In this document: positions 37,539-47,542 of the stretch, one piece after another
Numbering within the stretch: position 1 is the stretch's first letter
Layout: every line of letters begins with the position of its first letter
Program-made: the position numbers and the translations under genes
The notes under the pieces: model-generated
What the model saw: the letters and a program-made list of their open reading frames with translations, nothing else
Database searches by the model: none
Told to the model about the DNA's origin: nothing
Origin: an uncultured Bacteroidota bacterium
Lineage (GTDB): Bacteria; CLD3; SB21
DNA length: 64,000 bases
Direction: 5' to 3'
NCBI GenBank assembly: GCA_964563165.1
Contig: CAZLWA010000048.1
Span: forward strand, 10,086-74,085

Positions 37539-38561
37539 CTATAGTACAGGCCTGGTCGCCAAAGCTTTTTTCACAATTTCTTCAACTTGTTTTCTTTCCT
37601 CGCCGATCAACGGCAGACGCGGCGCGCGCACCGTTTCCGAACCCACGCCCACCAGGGCTTCCACGAGTTTAATATTTTGCACGAACTTAATGGATACATC
37701 CAAATGCAGCAGCGGCATGAACCAGCGATACAGTTTCACCGCTTCCTCAGTTCGATTGGTTTTCACCAATTGATACAAGGCAACCGTTTCTTTCGGAAAA
37801 GCGCACACCAAACCCGCGAGCCAACCCGACGCGCCAAGAATTAAACTTTCCATCGCCAGATCGTCAACACCGGAAAAAATCTGATAACGATTACCGACCT
37901 GATTGATAATGTCGGTCAAGCGCCGGATATTGTCCGAGGATTCCTTGATAGCAACAAATTTCGGCTCATCGGCTAATTCCGCAAACATATCCGGCGTAAT
38001 ATCCACGCGATACGCGACCGGATTATTGTAGATCATGATAGGCCGATCCGTCGCCGCAGCCACCGCCCGCAGATGCGCGATCGTTTCACGCCGGTCAGAA
38101 ACGTATTGCATCCCGGGCAGAACCATAAAACCGTCCGCGCCCAACTTCGCAGCGTTTTCAGTAAATTTACATGCGCCGGCCGTGGTCGTTTCCGCCACGC
38201 AGGACAAGACCGGAACTTTTCCTTTCGCAGCGCCGACCGCGGTTTTCAGCACATCCAATTTTTCTTCGGCCGTCAGCGTCCCGTTCTCTCCGAGCGAACC
38301 CAGCATGACTAATCCGTTTACGCCGGCATCCAATTGAAATTGGATATGCTTCTCGATCGCCGGAAAATCGATCGAGTAATCTTTTTTGAATTTCGTCGTC
38401 AACGCGGGAAAGATCCCGCTCCAATTTGTTTTCATTTTCAAATCCTTTTGTGTTATGCGCGCATAGAATCCCCCGCCGGAGCCTGCCCTGAGCAGGTCCT
38501 TCGTTTCGCTCAGGATAAACTTCGGAGCGCCCCCTTTAATCCCCCCCGCCGGAGCCTGCAC
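37539..38561 (-). CDS. Dihydrodipicolinate synthase-family lyase; candidate delta1-pyrroline-4-hydroxy-2-carboxylate deaminase. The true start is probably 38435.
   Basis: DapA/NAL-family Schiff-base lysine in VAIKESS and GxxGE motifs. The first 42 codons (MQAPAGGIKGG…) are translated from a family-1 repeat. Confidence 0.75.
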   Translation of the reverse strand: MQAPAGGIKGGAPKFILSETKDLLRAGSGGGFYARITQKDLKMKTNWSGIFPALTTKFKKDYSIDFPAIEKHIQFQLDAGVNGLVMLGSLGENGTLTAEEKLDVLKTAVGAAKGKVPVLSCVAETTTAGACKFTENAAKLGADGFMVLPGMQYVSDRRETIAHLRAVAAATDRPIMIYNNPVAYRVDITPDMFAELADEPKFVAIKESSDNIRRLTDIINQVGNRYQIFSGVDDLAMESLILGASGWLAGLVCAFPKETVALYQLVKTNRTEEAVKLYRWFMPLLHLDVSIKFVQNIKLVEALVGVGSETVRAPRLPLIGEERKQVEEIVKKALATRPVL

Positions 38562-38613
38562 TGAGCATCGCGAAGTGGCGCCCCCCTTTATTAAAGGGGG
38601 GTTCGGGGGGATT
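38467..38613. repeat. Family-1 long-variant repeat cluster (AATCCCCCGCCGGAGCCTG…CTTTATTAAAGGGGGGTTCGGGGGGATT)
   Basis: Termini AATCCCCC and GGGGGGATT, with internal hairpins CCTGAGC…GCTCAGG and CCCCCCTTTATTAAAGGGGGG. Confidence 0.8.
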
Positions 38614-39184
38614 AAGTCTTCGGAAAATCCATCATCTCATACATCCGTTTTGCCTGAAGGATGTGCCGCCGTTCATGCGCCATCATGATCGAAAAACTTT
38701 CGCCCAAACTGATCCGGATCAGTTTACTCAGGGGAGATGTGAGTTTGATTTCCGCGAGGTCAAGACCGTTCGCGCGTTTCATGAGTGCCAGCAATTGCCG
38801 CTGATGTTCGGCAAAATCGTTCAGTACAATTTTCCCTTCCGTACGATTCGACGGCTGAAAACTTTTCGGCGCTTTGAATTTGAAAAATCCGTCCGGCTTG
38901 ACAAATAACATATAGAATTTTCCCATCCAACTGGCGCGATACGGTTTTTCATCTGTTGCTTGTTTGGCCGCCGGTTCGTCCATAGCCCTTTTGATCCCGG
39001 TAAAATATTGCTGGTCGGTTACGATCACGTGGTCGAGGCACTGCGCAATGCTCCACGTATGTTCGTTCGGTTTCCAATTTAATTGCGTGTCGCTGAGCGT
39101 AGAAAAAAATGTTGTGATTTCCTCCAACACCGCTTCCGCCTCTTTGGTCAGTTGATTCAGATGCGAACTAGACAGCTCTGCCAT
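38612..39184 (-). CDS. DinB/YfiT-like (DinB_2) metal-dependent four-helix-bundle protein
   Basis: Conserved His positions: CLDHV, MMAHERRHILQ. Confidence 0.65.
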   Translation of the reverse strand: MAELSSSHLNQLTKEAEAVLEEITTFFSTLSDTQLNWKPNEHTWSIAQCLDHVIVTDQQYFTGIKRAMDEPAAKQATDEKPYRASWMGKFYMLFVKPDGFFKFKAPKSFQPSNRTEGKIVLNDFAEHQRQLLALMKRANGLDLAEIKLTSPLSKLIRISLGESFSIMMAHERRHILQAKRMYEMMDFPKT

Positions 39185-39226
39185 ATCCTTTGACTATTTC
39201 ATAATTGATAAAATAAAATTGCACGG

Positions 39227-40147
39227 CTACCGTGATTCATGCGCATGCGCGGAACGGCTTTCCTTTTTTATTTGTTTTTTGATTTCGTTCCATAAATTAA
39301 CGTACGATTCTGCCGCGTGGGAGCGCGTATCGTAGGACAAGAGCGGCGCGCGCCGCACGCCCATCTTTTCAATGTCCGAAGCGTACGGGATATAGGTTTT
39401 CAGGAAATTGTTGTCGTGCTTGGTAAACTCTTCGATCGTATCCCGGTGAATATCTTTCCGCATATCCACCATCGTAAAGAACGCCAGGATCCGCTCGGGT
39501 TTCAATCCGTGCTTTTCAAAGAATTTGATCACCATCGTATAGCTGCGGATGGATAATACGGTGGGAATCATCGGCATTAAAATATAATCCGCCGCATTAA
39601 AAATATTTTCCGCGAGCATGGACAGGGCCGGGGGCGAATCGATAAAAATCATATCAAATTCCTTTTCCATCGGCTCCAGCAAACGCACCAGCTCCGTCTT
39701 TTTCATCCCGTCCAGTATGACATCCAGTTTTCTTCCTGAAAAATCTGCCGGCAACACCTTCAAGCCCTCGTACGTCGTAATGCGGATGTGGTCTGCCAGG
39801 TCGTCTTTGCCTTTGATCACGTCTTTGATCTTGCCGTCATCTTTCGGCAAGACCTGATAATAATACGTCGCCGAGGCCTGCGGATCGAGGTCCCACAAGA
39901 GCGTGGTTTTGCCATCACGGGAAGCTAAAAACGAAAGATTTACGGCGGACGCGGTTTTACCGACGCCGCCTTTCAGATTATAAATGGCGAACGTGATCAT
40001 GATGAAAAATCCGGTTTGGAAATACGGAGACAACTTAGGAATATATTTTCCGGAAGGAAAGAAATTTTTTAAGACACTGGCCGCAACGAGTGCGAAGGAT
40101 TGATGTGATAAAAATACAAACGTTCTTTTTCGAACGTGCTTCAACAA
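39227..40147 (-). CDS. ParA/MinD-family P-loop ATPase (the true start is probably near 40000, MITFAIYNLKGGVGKT)
   Basis: Deviant Walker A KGGVGKT. The N-terminal 49 codons of the tracked ORF are probably not translated. Confidence 0.75.
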   Translation of the reverse strand: MLKHVRKRTFVFLSHQSFALVAASVLKNFFPSGKYIPKLSPYFQTGFFIMITFAIYNLKGGVGKTASAVNLSFLASRDGKTTLLWDLDPQASATYYYQVLPKDDGKIKDVIKGKDDLADHIRITTYEGLKVLPADFSGRKLDVILDGMKKTELVRLLEPMEKEFDMIFIDSPPALSMLAENIFNAADYILMPMIPTVLSIRSYTMVIKFFEKHGLKPERILAFFTMVDMRKDIHRDTIEEFTKHDNNFLKTYIPYASDIEKMGVRRAPLLSYDTRSHAAESYVNLWNEIKKQIKKESRSAHAHESR

Positions 40148-40183
40148 GTCTTCGCGCGTTTGCTTCCGCGGTTTATGAAAAAT

Positions 40184-40612
40184 CTAGCCTTCTTTATATA
40201 CAGCGCAGCCCGCCAGAGCGCCGGCAATGATCGCGATGTATCCGCCGAGGGCCGAAACAGCAATGAGATTCAGAGGATAAATTCCGAGAAATACGTACGA
40301 TGAATGAACCAGGGTCATCACAAACCATATTGCTGCTCCGGCGATGATCGCCGTTTTCGGACCGGCGCCGTAGCGCGGGCGTATCGAAGCATACAGCCAC
40401 ACCAGCGCAATGCCGGCAAGAAAATCCGTCGTGATCCATCCGGCGGCCGATCCCCCTTCGGATGTCATGGTCGTAAGATTCAATGCCTTCGTGGCCACCG
40501 CCCATTGTTCGCCGAGCAGCGGCACATTAACGATAAAATCGATCACGTTCATTACGAGGCCGGCGAGCAGACCTCCAATGATAATTTTCGCTCTGTTCAT
40601 GTTTTCCTCCAT
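40184..40612 (-). CDS. Small membrane protein, 4 TM
   Basis: 142-aa hydrophobic ORF. Confidence 0.5.
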   Translation of the reverse strand: MEENMNRAKIIIGGLLAGLVMNVIDFIVNVPLLGEQWAVATKALNLTTMTSEGGSAAGWITTDFLAGIALVWLYASIRPRYGAGPKTAIIAGAAIWFVMTLVHSSYVFLGIYPLNLIAVSALGGYIAIIAGALAGCAVYKEG

Positions 40613-40765
40613 GTTGGGTTTAGAGTTCTATTACAATTTCTCCGTTCCGCAAATCAAAATCAAGTGTTATTCAATTTCCTTCCGAATAGACCTGAGGGGT
40701 ACCCGCCTCGTCTTGTCAGAGGTTGATTTTGATATCAAATGTCGTAATATTTTACTTGGAGGCCC

Positions 40766-41899
40766 TTGATGTTGCGCCAAGGTATTTTCTTAGCAGTGAC
40801 CGTTGTATCAATCTTTGCGGGATGCCGCAGGGACGATCTCAATACCGTTACTGACGGGCCGGTGAATTTCCTGACTACCGATAATCTTAACGGTGAAGAG
40901 GATGATCCCGCGGTGGCTGTGGATTCTCAGGGGACCATTCATGTCGTCTGGTTCTCTGATCGCGACGGAACGAATGACCTCTATACGGTTCATTCGACCG
41001 CGATCAATCCGGACATCGGACAGATCACCTGGTCAACTCCTGTTCAAATTACTCATAACGATACGGCTCAATTTCCTCCTCCTTCTCATGGCGACTATTT
41101 CCCTTCTCTGATCATAGATGAAACAGGCACGTTTCATTTGGCGTGGCATCGGGTAAACCAAATATCCGCTTCGCACATTCTCTATATGAAAAGCGACGGA
41201 ACGACGGCGGGATGGGCGGCGGCGACTCTGGACAGTATTACGAGCGGCCTCAATTACGATCGCTTTCCCGGCCTCGTGAATTTTTCGAGCGGCGACCTTC
41301 GGGTCCATTTCAATTCGAGCACGCGGACAACGCCCGGCAAGAATTCCATTTACGTCTCCCAATCGGCAGATAACGGCGTTACGTGGGGAGCGCCGGCAGA
41401 AGTCCCTTCGCTGAATGCACCTTCAGAGCAATCTGCTTTTCCTGACGTAGTCAAGTTGCCAAACGGATCCTTTGTCGCGGCGTTCGTGCGCTGGAAATTG
41501 GAACCGTCATCCGATTTATTCGATGAGACGTCCGATATTTTTTATGCCGCATCCCCGGATGGAAATAATTGGATCGTAGATCAGGTAACCAACGATCCCG
41601 TGGACGTCGTCAATGATCTGGCACCGGCGGTCTTTTTTGATCATGCGGACAGCGTGCACCTGGCATGGACGACGATCCGCTTCGGCGATATCTCAGGCGA
41701 TATCGTTCAGACAAAGGCGAGTGACAGGGCTTTTTATCCGAATCGCGCCACGCTGCTTTCGTCCGAAGTAGGAACACCGGATCATTCTGCTAAGATCATC
41801 CCCATGACGCTGAGCGGGCATCAAGTTTACTTACAGATCTGGGTTCGCATACCTTCACTCCACAACCAGGTTGTGTACAGAATTTTGACAAGCTTGTAG
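40766..41899 (+). CDS. Secreted BNR/Asp-box repeat protein (sialidase-like beta-propeller)
   Basis: Signal/TM N-terminus and an Asp-box SADNGVTWG. Confidence 0.6.
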   Translation: MMLRQGIFLAVTVVSIFAGCRRDDLNTVTDGPVNFLTTDNLNGEEDDPAVAVDSQGTIHVVWFSDRDGTNDLYTVHSTAINPDIGQITWSTPVQITHNDTAQFPPPSHGDYFPSLIIDETGTFHLAWHRVNQISASHILYMKSDGTTAGWAAATLDSITSGLNYDRFPGLVNFSSGDLRVHFNSSTRTTPGKNSIYVSQSADNGVTWGAPAEVPSLNAPSEQSAFPDVVKLPNGSFVAAFVRWKLEPSSDLFDETSDIFYAASPDGNNWIVDQVTNDPVDVVNDLAPAVFFDHADSVHLAWTTIRFGDISGDIVQTKASDRAFYPNRATLLSSEVGTPDHSAKIIPMTLSGHQVYLQIWVRIPSLHNQVVYRILTSL

Positions 41900-41910
41900 T
41901 ATTATTAATA

Positions 41911-41952
41911 ACCACGAAGACACAAAGTTCTTTGTGTCTCTGCGCCCTTGTG
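41911..41952. repeat. Family-2 palindromic element (ACCACGAAGACACAAAG ttc TTTGTGTCTCTGCGCCCTTGTG)
   Basis: Read from the sequence. Confidence 0.7.
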
Positions 41953-42082
41953 ATAAAGTTTCCTTCGAAGAACAGGAATTAATAAATGGATCTCCCCGCG
42001 CCGGAACGTGCGTGGAGCCCTTCGGCAGAAGGGTGCCATCTTTTAAACTCCGCACTATCCTCGATCACCGTTCCGGCATAAG

Positions 42083-42121
42083 AAAAAAAAAGCCATGTCG
42101 CATAAACGACATGGCTTTTTG
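42083..42121. terminator. Bidirectional intrinsic terminator. A-run, hairpin GCCATGTCG-cataaa-CGACATGGC, T-run, between convergent genes.
   Basis: Read from the sequence. Confidence 0.6.
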
Positions 42122-42141
42122 ATCTCTAAGCGAGGAACGGA

Positions 42142-45100
42142 TCAGTTAAACATATACCGTATGCCAAGCTGCATGCGCCAGCGTGACAGAGGTCCCGGGT
42201 CGTCTACAAACGTTTTGGCCGGTCCCACAAACTGAAATACTGGTTCTCCGCCGCCGTCAAATCCATAGAGCGACAAAGGCTTCGTGGCTTTAGAACTGGC
42301 GACTTTGCGCACGCCCCAGTCGGAATTGAAGAAATTGGCAAGATTCAGGATATCAAGGCTGATCTGTAATGTATGGCGCTGATTCCCTGATTTGAAAAGC
42401 ACATCCTGGGTGATACGCAGATCAATGTTACTATACCATGGATTCAGTGCTCCAAATCTTGCCGCATTTTTTCCACGGTTTTTGCTCAGGTAATCATCCT
42501 GTTTGATAAAAGCGTCGAAAGCCGTCCACTGCTGTGCTGCGGTCAGGCCGCTCGGAATATCTTGAAATACAATCTCACCCTGATTGGCGGGAATGTAGAT
42601 CAGATCATTGCCGGCGTTACCGTCGCCGTTGACGTCTCCGGCATAAGTAAACGAGTAACGATTGCCGCCTGCTCCCTGGAACGAATTACCTTCGGCGACC
42701 TCAAAAAAGAGACCGAACGTTGTGGCGAACTGTTCATTCCATTTGTGACGATAGGTGCTGTGGCCGATGATACGGTTGCGCTGGCCGAATTCGGAATTGG
42801 CCAGTCCGGGTCTATTAGGATCGCCCTGAACGGGATTTTCCTGGAAGAGCACACTGGCGATTTCAGTGGATTTCATCAGACTTTTGGCCACCATGTGTGT
42901 GTACGCAAGTCCTGAACTCATACCAAACGAAAAGTTTTTCCGAAACTGAGTCGTGAAGCTGTAGTTGAATCCCTTACTGGTGTTGTCGAGAACGTAAATA
43001 CCGGCGCCATCTGGATTCAGTTCATTGCTGCCGCTGCCGCCGTAATAGGGTCTGCCGCCGGCGCGTACCAGAACGGGGTGAGATGCGAGAGGTGTCACAA
43101 GATCGGCATTTCTCATATAAACCGCATTGATGTCCTTGCTGTAAACGAACTCCAGTGTTCCCAAAACGTCCCACGGCAATTTCTGGTCTACGGCAATATT
43201 GGTCGTCCAGACCTGCGGCCACTTGAAGTCTTTGACCACAGCGTTGAGGTCGAACGATTGAGTCGGAATCGTATTAGTTGAATCTTTGCCCGGTACCGGC
43301 ACGCCGCCTGCGGGCAGGTTAGGATTGAATCCGGGGTTGGAGATTATGTTTCCGATCCACACGAACGGGATTCTCCCGGTAAAGATTCCGGTACCGCCCC
43401 TAAATTGAGTGGATCGATCTCCGTTCAAGTCGAAGTTGAATCCGGCGCGAGGTGAGAATAGAGGCCTTGTGGACGGCAGCTTGGCCTGATCGACAAGTTC
43501 CGTATTGTCGCTTGCGTCCAGCGCTGTCAGCCCGGTGGAAAAAGGATTGGGCCTCGGTTTTGTGTAATACACCGGGAAGTCGACGCGCAAGCCACCTGTC
43601 AGTTTCAGTCGGTCGGTCGCTGCGAACTCATCCTGCGCATACACCGCAAATTGGCCTACTTTGATATTCTCGCCCTTGAATGGAACGTTACCGGCAACGT
43701 CCCCTTGAAAATCTACGCCTCCCGTACCGCCGGCCCCGCTATCGGTTGCTGCAAAGAAATCTGCGAGCGACAGAAAAGCCGTTGATCCCGGACCAAAAAA
43801 AGGATAAGCCGAGAATCCGAATAAACCGTTACGGAAAATGTTGAACGAGTTAAAGAAGCTGAACGTTTCGAAATTGGCACCGAACGTCATGACATGAGGG
43901 CCGGTGAAATAACTGAAGTTGTTGGTAAACTGCCATACGTCCTGGTCAAGAATGTTGTGCGAAGAGAACGGCTCGTGGCCGACCGTCGCGTAGGTTACGC
44001 CGCCCTCGGCGATTTCGATCGTCGGATATGGCCGGCTATTCGGGTTTCGGAAATCCCGAAACCGATTGTAGCTGGCAAAGAACCGGTTGCTGAATTTAGA
44101 AAAGCTGCTGTTGACTTCCAGGGCATAGGAACTCAGGTGATTGTTAATTTCGTATCCTGAATTCGAAAAAGGCAGAGTACTTTCATTGGGACCACGGCCG
44201 GAGCCGTTGATGGTGAGCACAAACGGATGGGGCCCTTTTTCCTGGCTGGCTCGCAGGTAGTTGAACCGGAAGCTGACTTTGTGATTCTCAGTGGCGTTCC
44301 AGTCCAGCTTGGTCAGGAATTTCTCATTGTTGGTCTTATGATCGTAACCCTGATACTCGCCCGGATCGTAACCGTAAACATTTTTCATCCGGTTGCGGAT
44401 AGAGTCCATGGTGGCTACCGTGACGCGTGAGACGCCAGCATTGCCACTATTGGTTCCGTTGTCGGCGACGAAGTCGCTGCCCGGATCCGTGCGGCGCTCA
44501 CTTTCAACATTGAAAAAGAAGAACAATTTGTCTTTGATCAGCGGGCCGCCAAAGTTAAACCCGGACTCCAAATAAGAAAGGTTTGGATTGGCGATTACAG
44601 TGTTTCCCCTTACGGTATTTCCGACGAAGCTTTCATTTTTGAAGTAAGAATAAATCGATCCGCGGAACATGTTAGTGCCGCTCTTGGTAACGGAGTTGAT
44701 ATTAGCTCCGGTGAAACCGCCTTCGCGTATATCGAACGGTGCGATCGAGACCTGAACCTGTTCGATGGCATCGAAGGGAACCGGCTCCGCATTCGTCTGT
44801 CCGCCCGGCGCGGGATTGTCCAGACCGAACGAGTTGTTGAAATAAGATCCGTCCAGAGACAAGTTATTGAACAGCCAATTGCGTCCGCCGAAGCTGAAGC
44901 TGCCGTCGCTGCGCGGGTCAAGCCGTGTCATATCCTGCGTTGACCGCTTGATGGACGGCAATTGGGCGAGATCAACAGTACTAATATAGGTGGCTGCTCC
45001 GGTGCGATCGCGGTTTAGAACTTCATCCCTCTCGGCGATGATCACGGTTTCTTCGCCCTGGATGGCCGTTTCGCTTAAACGAAAGGTGAGTTTGACCGTT

Positions 45101-45429
45101 TGGCCGATACTGACCGTGATGTCTTTTTCTTCCTGATCTTTATAACCGATGTAAGTTGCCTTCACGGTGTACGGCCCGCCGATGCGCATATTCAATATGC
45201 TGAAGGCTCCGCTGGAAGTCGATACGATACCGTAAACCGTTCCGCTGGGTTCGTGCGTGGCCGAGACATTGGCTCCGTAGAGCGGCTGGCCTTTCTCGTC
45301 CATGACGTACCCGCTGATAGCGCCCGTGGTGACTCCCTGGGCGAAGAGGGTGTGGCCCGTAAGCCACAGGACGCCTGCGGCCAGAACCATGCCTATCCGC
45401 CAGGATACGCGATGAGTACTTCTTCTCAT
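42142..45429 (-). CDS. TonB-dependent outer-membrane receptor, SusC/RagA-like, with an N-terminal carboxypeptidase-regulatory-like domain
   Basis: 1095 aa with a signal peptide, a CarbopepD_reg-like beta-sandwich (GYVMDEKGQPLYGANVS), a plug domain and a long barrel. Confidence 0.85.
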   Translation of the reverse strand: MRRSTHRVSWRIGMVLAAGVLWLTGHTLFAQGVTTGAISGYVMDEKGQPLYGANVSATHEPSGTVYGIVSTSSGAFSILNMRIGGPYTVKATYIGYKDQEEKDITVSIGQTVKLTFRLSETAIQGEETVIIAERDEVLNRDRTGAATYISTVDLAQLPSIKRSTQDMTRLDPRSDGSFSFGGRNWLFNNLSLDGSYFNNSFGLDNPAPGGQTNAEPVPFDAIEQVQVSIAPFDIREGGFTGANINSVTKSGTNMFRGSIYSYFKNESFVGNTVRGNTVIANPNLSYLESGFNFGGPLIKDKLFFFFNVESERRTDPGSDFVADNGTNSGNAGVSRVTVATMDSIRNRMKNVYGYDPGEYQGYDHKTNNEKFLTKLDWNATENHKVSFRFNYLRASQEKGPHPFVLTINGSGRGPNESTLPFSNSGYEINNHLSSYALEVNSSFSKFSNRFFASYNRFRDFRNPNSRPYPTIEIAEGGVTYATVGHEPFSSHNILDQDVWQFTNNFSYFTGPHVMTFGANFETFSFFNSFNIFRNGLFGFSAYPFFGPGSTAFLSLADFFAATDSGAGGTGGVDFQGDVAGNVPFKGENIKVGQFAVYAQDEFAATDRLKLTGGLRVDFPVYYTKPRPNPFSTGLTALDASDNTELVDQAKLPSTRPLFSPRAGFNFDLNGDRSTQFRGGTGIFTGRIPFVWIGNIISNPGFNPNLPAGGVPVPGKDSTNTIPTQSFDLNAVVKDFKWPQVWTTNIAVDQKLPWDVLGTLEFVYSKDINAVYMRNADLVTPLASHPVLVRAGGRPYYGGSGSNELNPDGAGIYVLDNTSKGFNYSFTTQFRKNFSFGMSSGLAYTHMVAKSLMKSTEIASVLFQENPVQGDPNRPGLANSEFGQRNRIIGHSTYRHKWNEQFATTFGLFFEVAEGNSFQGAGGNRYSFTYAGDVNGDGNAGNDLIYIPANQGEIVFQDIPSGLTAAQQWTAFDAFIKQDDYLSKNRGKNAARFGALNPWYSNIDLRITQDVLFKSGNQRHTLQISLDILNLANFFNSDWGVRKVASSKATKPLSLYGFDGGGEPVFQFVGPAKTFVDDPGPLSRWRMQLGIRYMFN

Positions 45430-45706
45430 AAATCCTCCGTTAGTTTGATGGGTTCAGATAACGTTAAGGAACACTGTATAAGCCGAACAGGTACTCGAGA
45501 ATGCGGCCCGCGTGGATGCGGTCCGTTAGGATCTGACAGGAAGATTACAAATTACACGTGTGCAAAAGCCGGCACTGATAAGAAAACCGGCATAGATGGC
45601 AAAACGAATACGAATGCCCGAAACTCAGGTGAGTGATGGGTCCTTCGAAGACCTTCAAGAAGCTACACACTCAATTTATTTTTTGCAAGAGAAAATTAAA
45701 ATTTAA

Positions 45707-45853
45707 TAATCCCTTTTAATCCCCGCCGGAACCTGACCTGAGTTCTTCCACTTCACTCAGGATAAACTCCGTCGAAAGGGCACCCACCTTTGGTAAAGGA
45801 GGGACATGGGAATTCGGTTTTCTGCCCCCTTGAAAAGGGGGTTAGGGGGATTT
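45707..45853. repeat. Family-1 repeat cluster (long variant plus canonical copy)
   Basis: AATCCCTTTTAATCCCCGCCGGAACCTGACCTGAG…GCCCCCTTGAAAAGGGGGTTAGGGGGATT. Confidence 0.8.
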
Positions 45854-45891
45854 TTGTTTTTCCCCAATATTGAAGAAGGTTCAGGGGAATC

Positions 45892-46704
45892 CTAATGCTT
45901 GAAGGCTTCCAGCGTTGTTGTTGTTCTATAGGGATTCCGGAAAAAATCTTCCAGGATCATATTGAACCAGTCCGGACGTTCGTACGCCCCGCCGTGCGTG
46001 GAACCCGGCATCACAAAAAGAAAGCCCTGCGGTATATTTTTGAATATCTCGGCCGAATGCTCGATCTGGATCGCGTCACGGTCTCCCATCATCACGAGAA
46101 ACGGCGCACGTATCTTGTGAAGGTCGGAAACGGGAATATGCGGTTCATAGATCAGCAAATGCATCAGTTGTTTTTCTTTCTTATTGGTGGATGCTTTCTC
46201 GACCTGTTCGGCAAAATGCAGCAGTTCAGCAACTACCGCTGTCGTATCCGGCCGTAAATTAGTTCCGAAGCCTGCCGCTTTGCGGACTTTATTAGGATAA
46301 TGTATGGAAAGCAATAGCGCCAATATCCCGCCGTCGCTTTGACCCCAGATGTACGCCGAATCGATCTTCAATGTGTCCAGAAGATCGTTAATATCTTTCG
46401 CCATCATTTCATAATTGAGTACGGAAGTGGAGTCGATCGATTTCCCGTGTGCGCGGCTGTCGATCGCAATGACTTTATATTTCTTCGAAAAATAATCTAT
46501 GCGATTTCGCTGATTGCCGATCGAACCGCCGTTACCGTGCAGCAAGACGAGCGGCGCACCTTCGCCGTAGATCTCATAGTACATCCTGATCCCATTGACC
46601 GAAACATATTTTCCCGCTTTCGGATTATTGCCGTACGGCGTCTGTGAAAAAGATATCCCATTTGCGATCAAAAATAAGAATAGAAAACAGCTGACTCGTT
46701 TCAT
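45892..46704 (-). CDS. Secreted alpha/beta hydrolase
   Basis: Signal peptide, nucleophile elbow GQSDGG, and an HG oxyanion motif (LLHGNGGS). Confidence 0.75.
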   Translation of the reverse strand: MKRVSCFLFLFLIANGISFSQTPYGNNPKAGKYVSVNGIRMYYEIYGEGAPLVLLHGNGGSIGNQRNRIDYFSKKYKVIAIDSRAHGKSIDSTSVLNYEMMAKDINDLLDTLKIDSAYIWGQSDGGILALLLSIHYPNKVRKAAGFGTNLRPDTTAVVAELLHFAEQVEKASTNKKEKQLMHLLIYEPHIPVSDLHKIRAPFLVMMGDRDAIQIEHSAEIFKNIPQGFLFVMPGSTHGGAYERPDWFNMILEDFFRNPYRTTTTLEAFKH

Positions 46705-46768
46705 ACAGATTTCTCCAAAACAATTAATGGTTGAAAATGATTTTAATACGCAAGGAGTTAGAGAATGT

Positions 46769-46944
46769 TCTGTTTTCTTCCCCCTTGAAAAGGGGGTTAG
46801 GGGGATTATTTCCCGTCGGAGCTTGTCCTGGGCGCAGACGAAGGGGCGCCCTAAGAATCCCCCCGCTTCGCTCGCCCCCTTTAGTAAAGGGGGCTGATAA
46901 GATTCTGTTTTCTTCCCCCTTGAAAAGGGGGTTAGGGGGATTTC
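46769..46944. repeat. Two canonical family-1 copies (46769-46806 and 46906-46944) flanking a GC-rich variant segment
   Basis: TTCTTCCCCCTTGAAAAGGGGGTTAGGGGGATT occurs twice. Confidence 0.85.
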
Positions 46945-46958
46945 TTTTTCACTACTTG

Positions 46959-47225
46959 TTAATCATAATGAGTCCACATGCGCAAAATTTTCACGAAATG
47001 AATTTCTTTCAGAACCTGGTAAACAATGCGGTGTTGAATATTGATCCTGCGGGAGTAAGCTCCTAAGAGATCTCCCACGAGTTTTTCATAAGGCGGCGAA
47101 TTTCGGAATGGATTTTCTTCTAATATATCTAAAATGGATTCTGATTTGGGTTTCAAACCTGCTGCCGCCAGTTTTTTGGCGTCTTTCTGAGCTTGTTTGG
47201 TAAAACCAAGCCGCCATCTTACCAC
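46959..47225 (-). CDS. yoeB: YoeB/Txe-family type II toxin (mRNA interferase)
   Basis: 88 aa with C-terminal YSRRINIQHRIVYQV…HY that matches the YoeB signature. It overlaps the upstream antitoxin gene. Confidence 0.8.
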   Translation of the reverse strand: MVRWRLGFTKQAQKDAKKLAAAGLKPKSESILDILEENPFRNSPPYEKLVGDLLGAYSRRINIQHRIVYQVLKEIHFVKILRMWTHYD

Positions 47226-47455
47226 TTCAATTTCCTTGAGAGCTTCTGGACCGGAGTTTTCATGCCTTGCACGATAGATTTTTTCATACCCGGAATGGAG
47301 ATCAAAAACAATGTTTCCTGGATCGCGCGCCAGTCTTCTTCGGAAATGATCACGGCATTGCCGTGTTTGCCGGTGACGTAGATCGGCTCATTCGATACGT
47401 CATCGATCAGGTTGTATATGTTTTGACGAACTTTGCTGACGGTTAATGTTTTCAT
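47219..47455 (-). CDS. yefM: YefM/Phd-family antitoxin
   Basis: 78 aa: MKTLTVSKVRQNIYNLIDDVSNEPIYVTGKHGNAVIISEEDWRAIQETL. Confidence 0.8.
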   Translation of the reverse strand: MKTLTVSKVRQNIYNLIDDVSNEPIYVTGKHGNAVIISEEDWRAIQETLFLISIPGMKKSIVQGMKTPVQKLSRKLKW

Positions 47456-47542
47456 AATAAGTTCTTGCTTTCAGAAACGTACGTAATTACGTACGTAATA
47501 GCAAGTGAAAAAAAACCGAGACTAAGGAATTTCGGTTTTATT

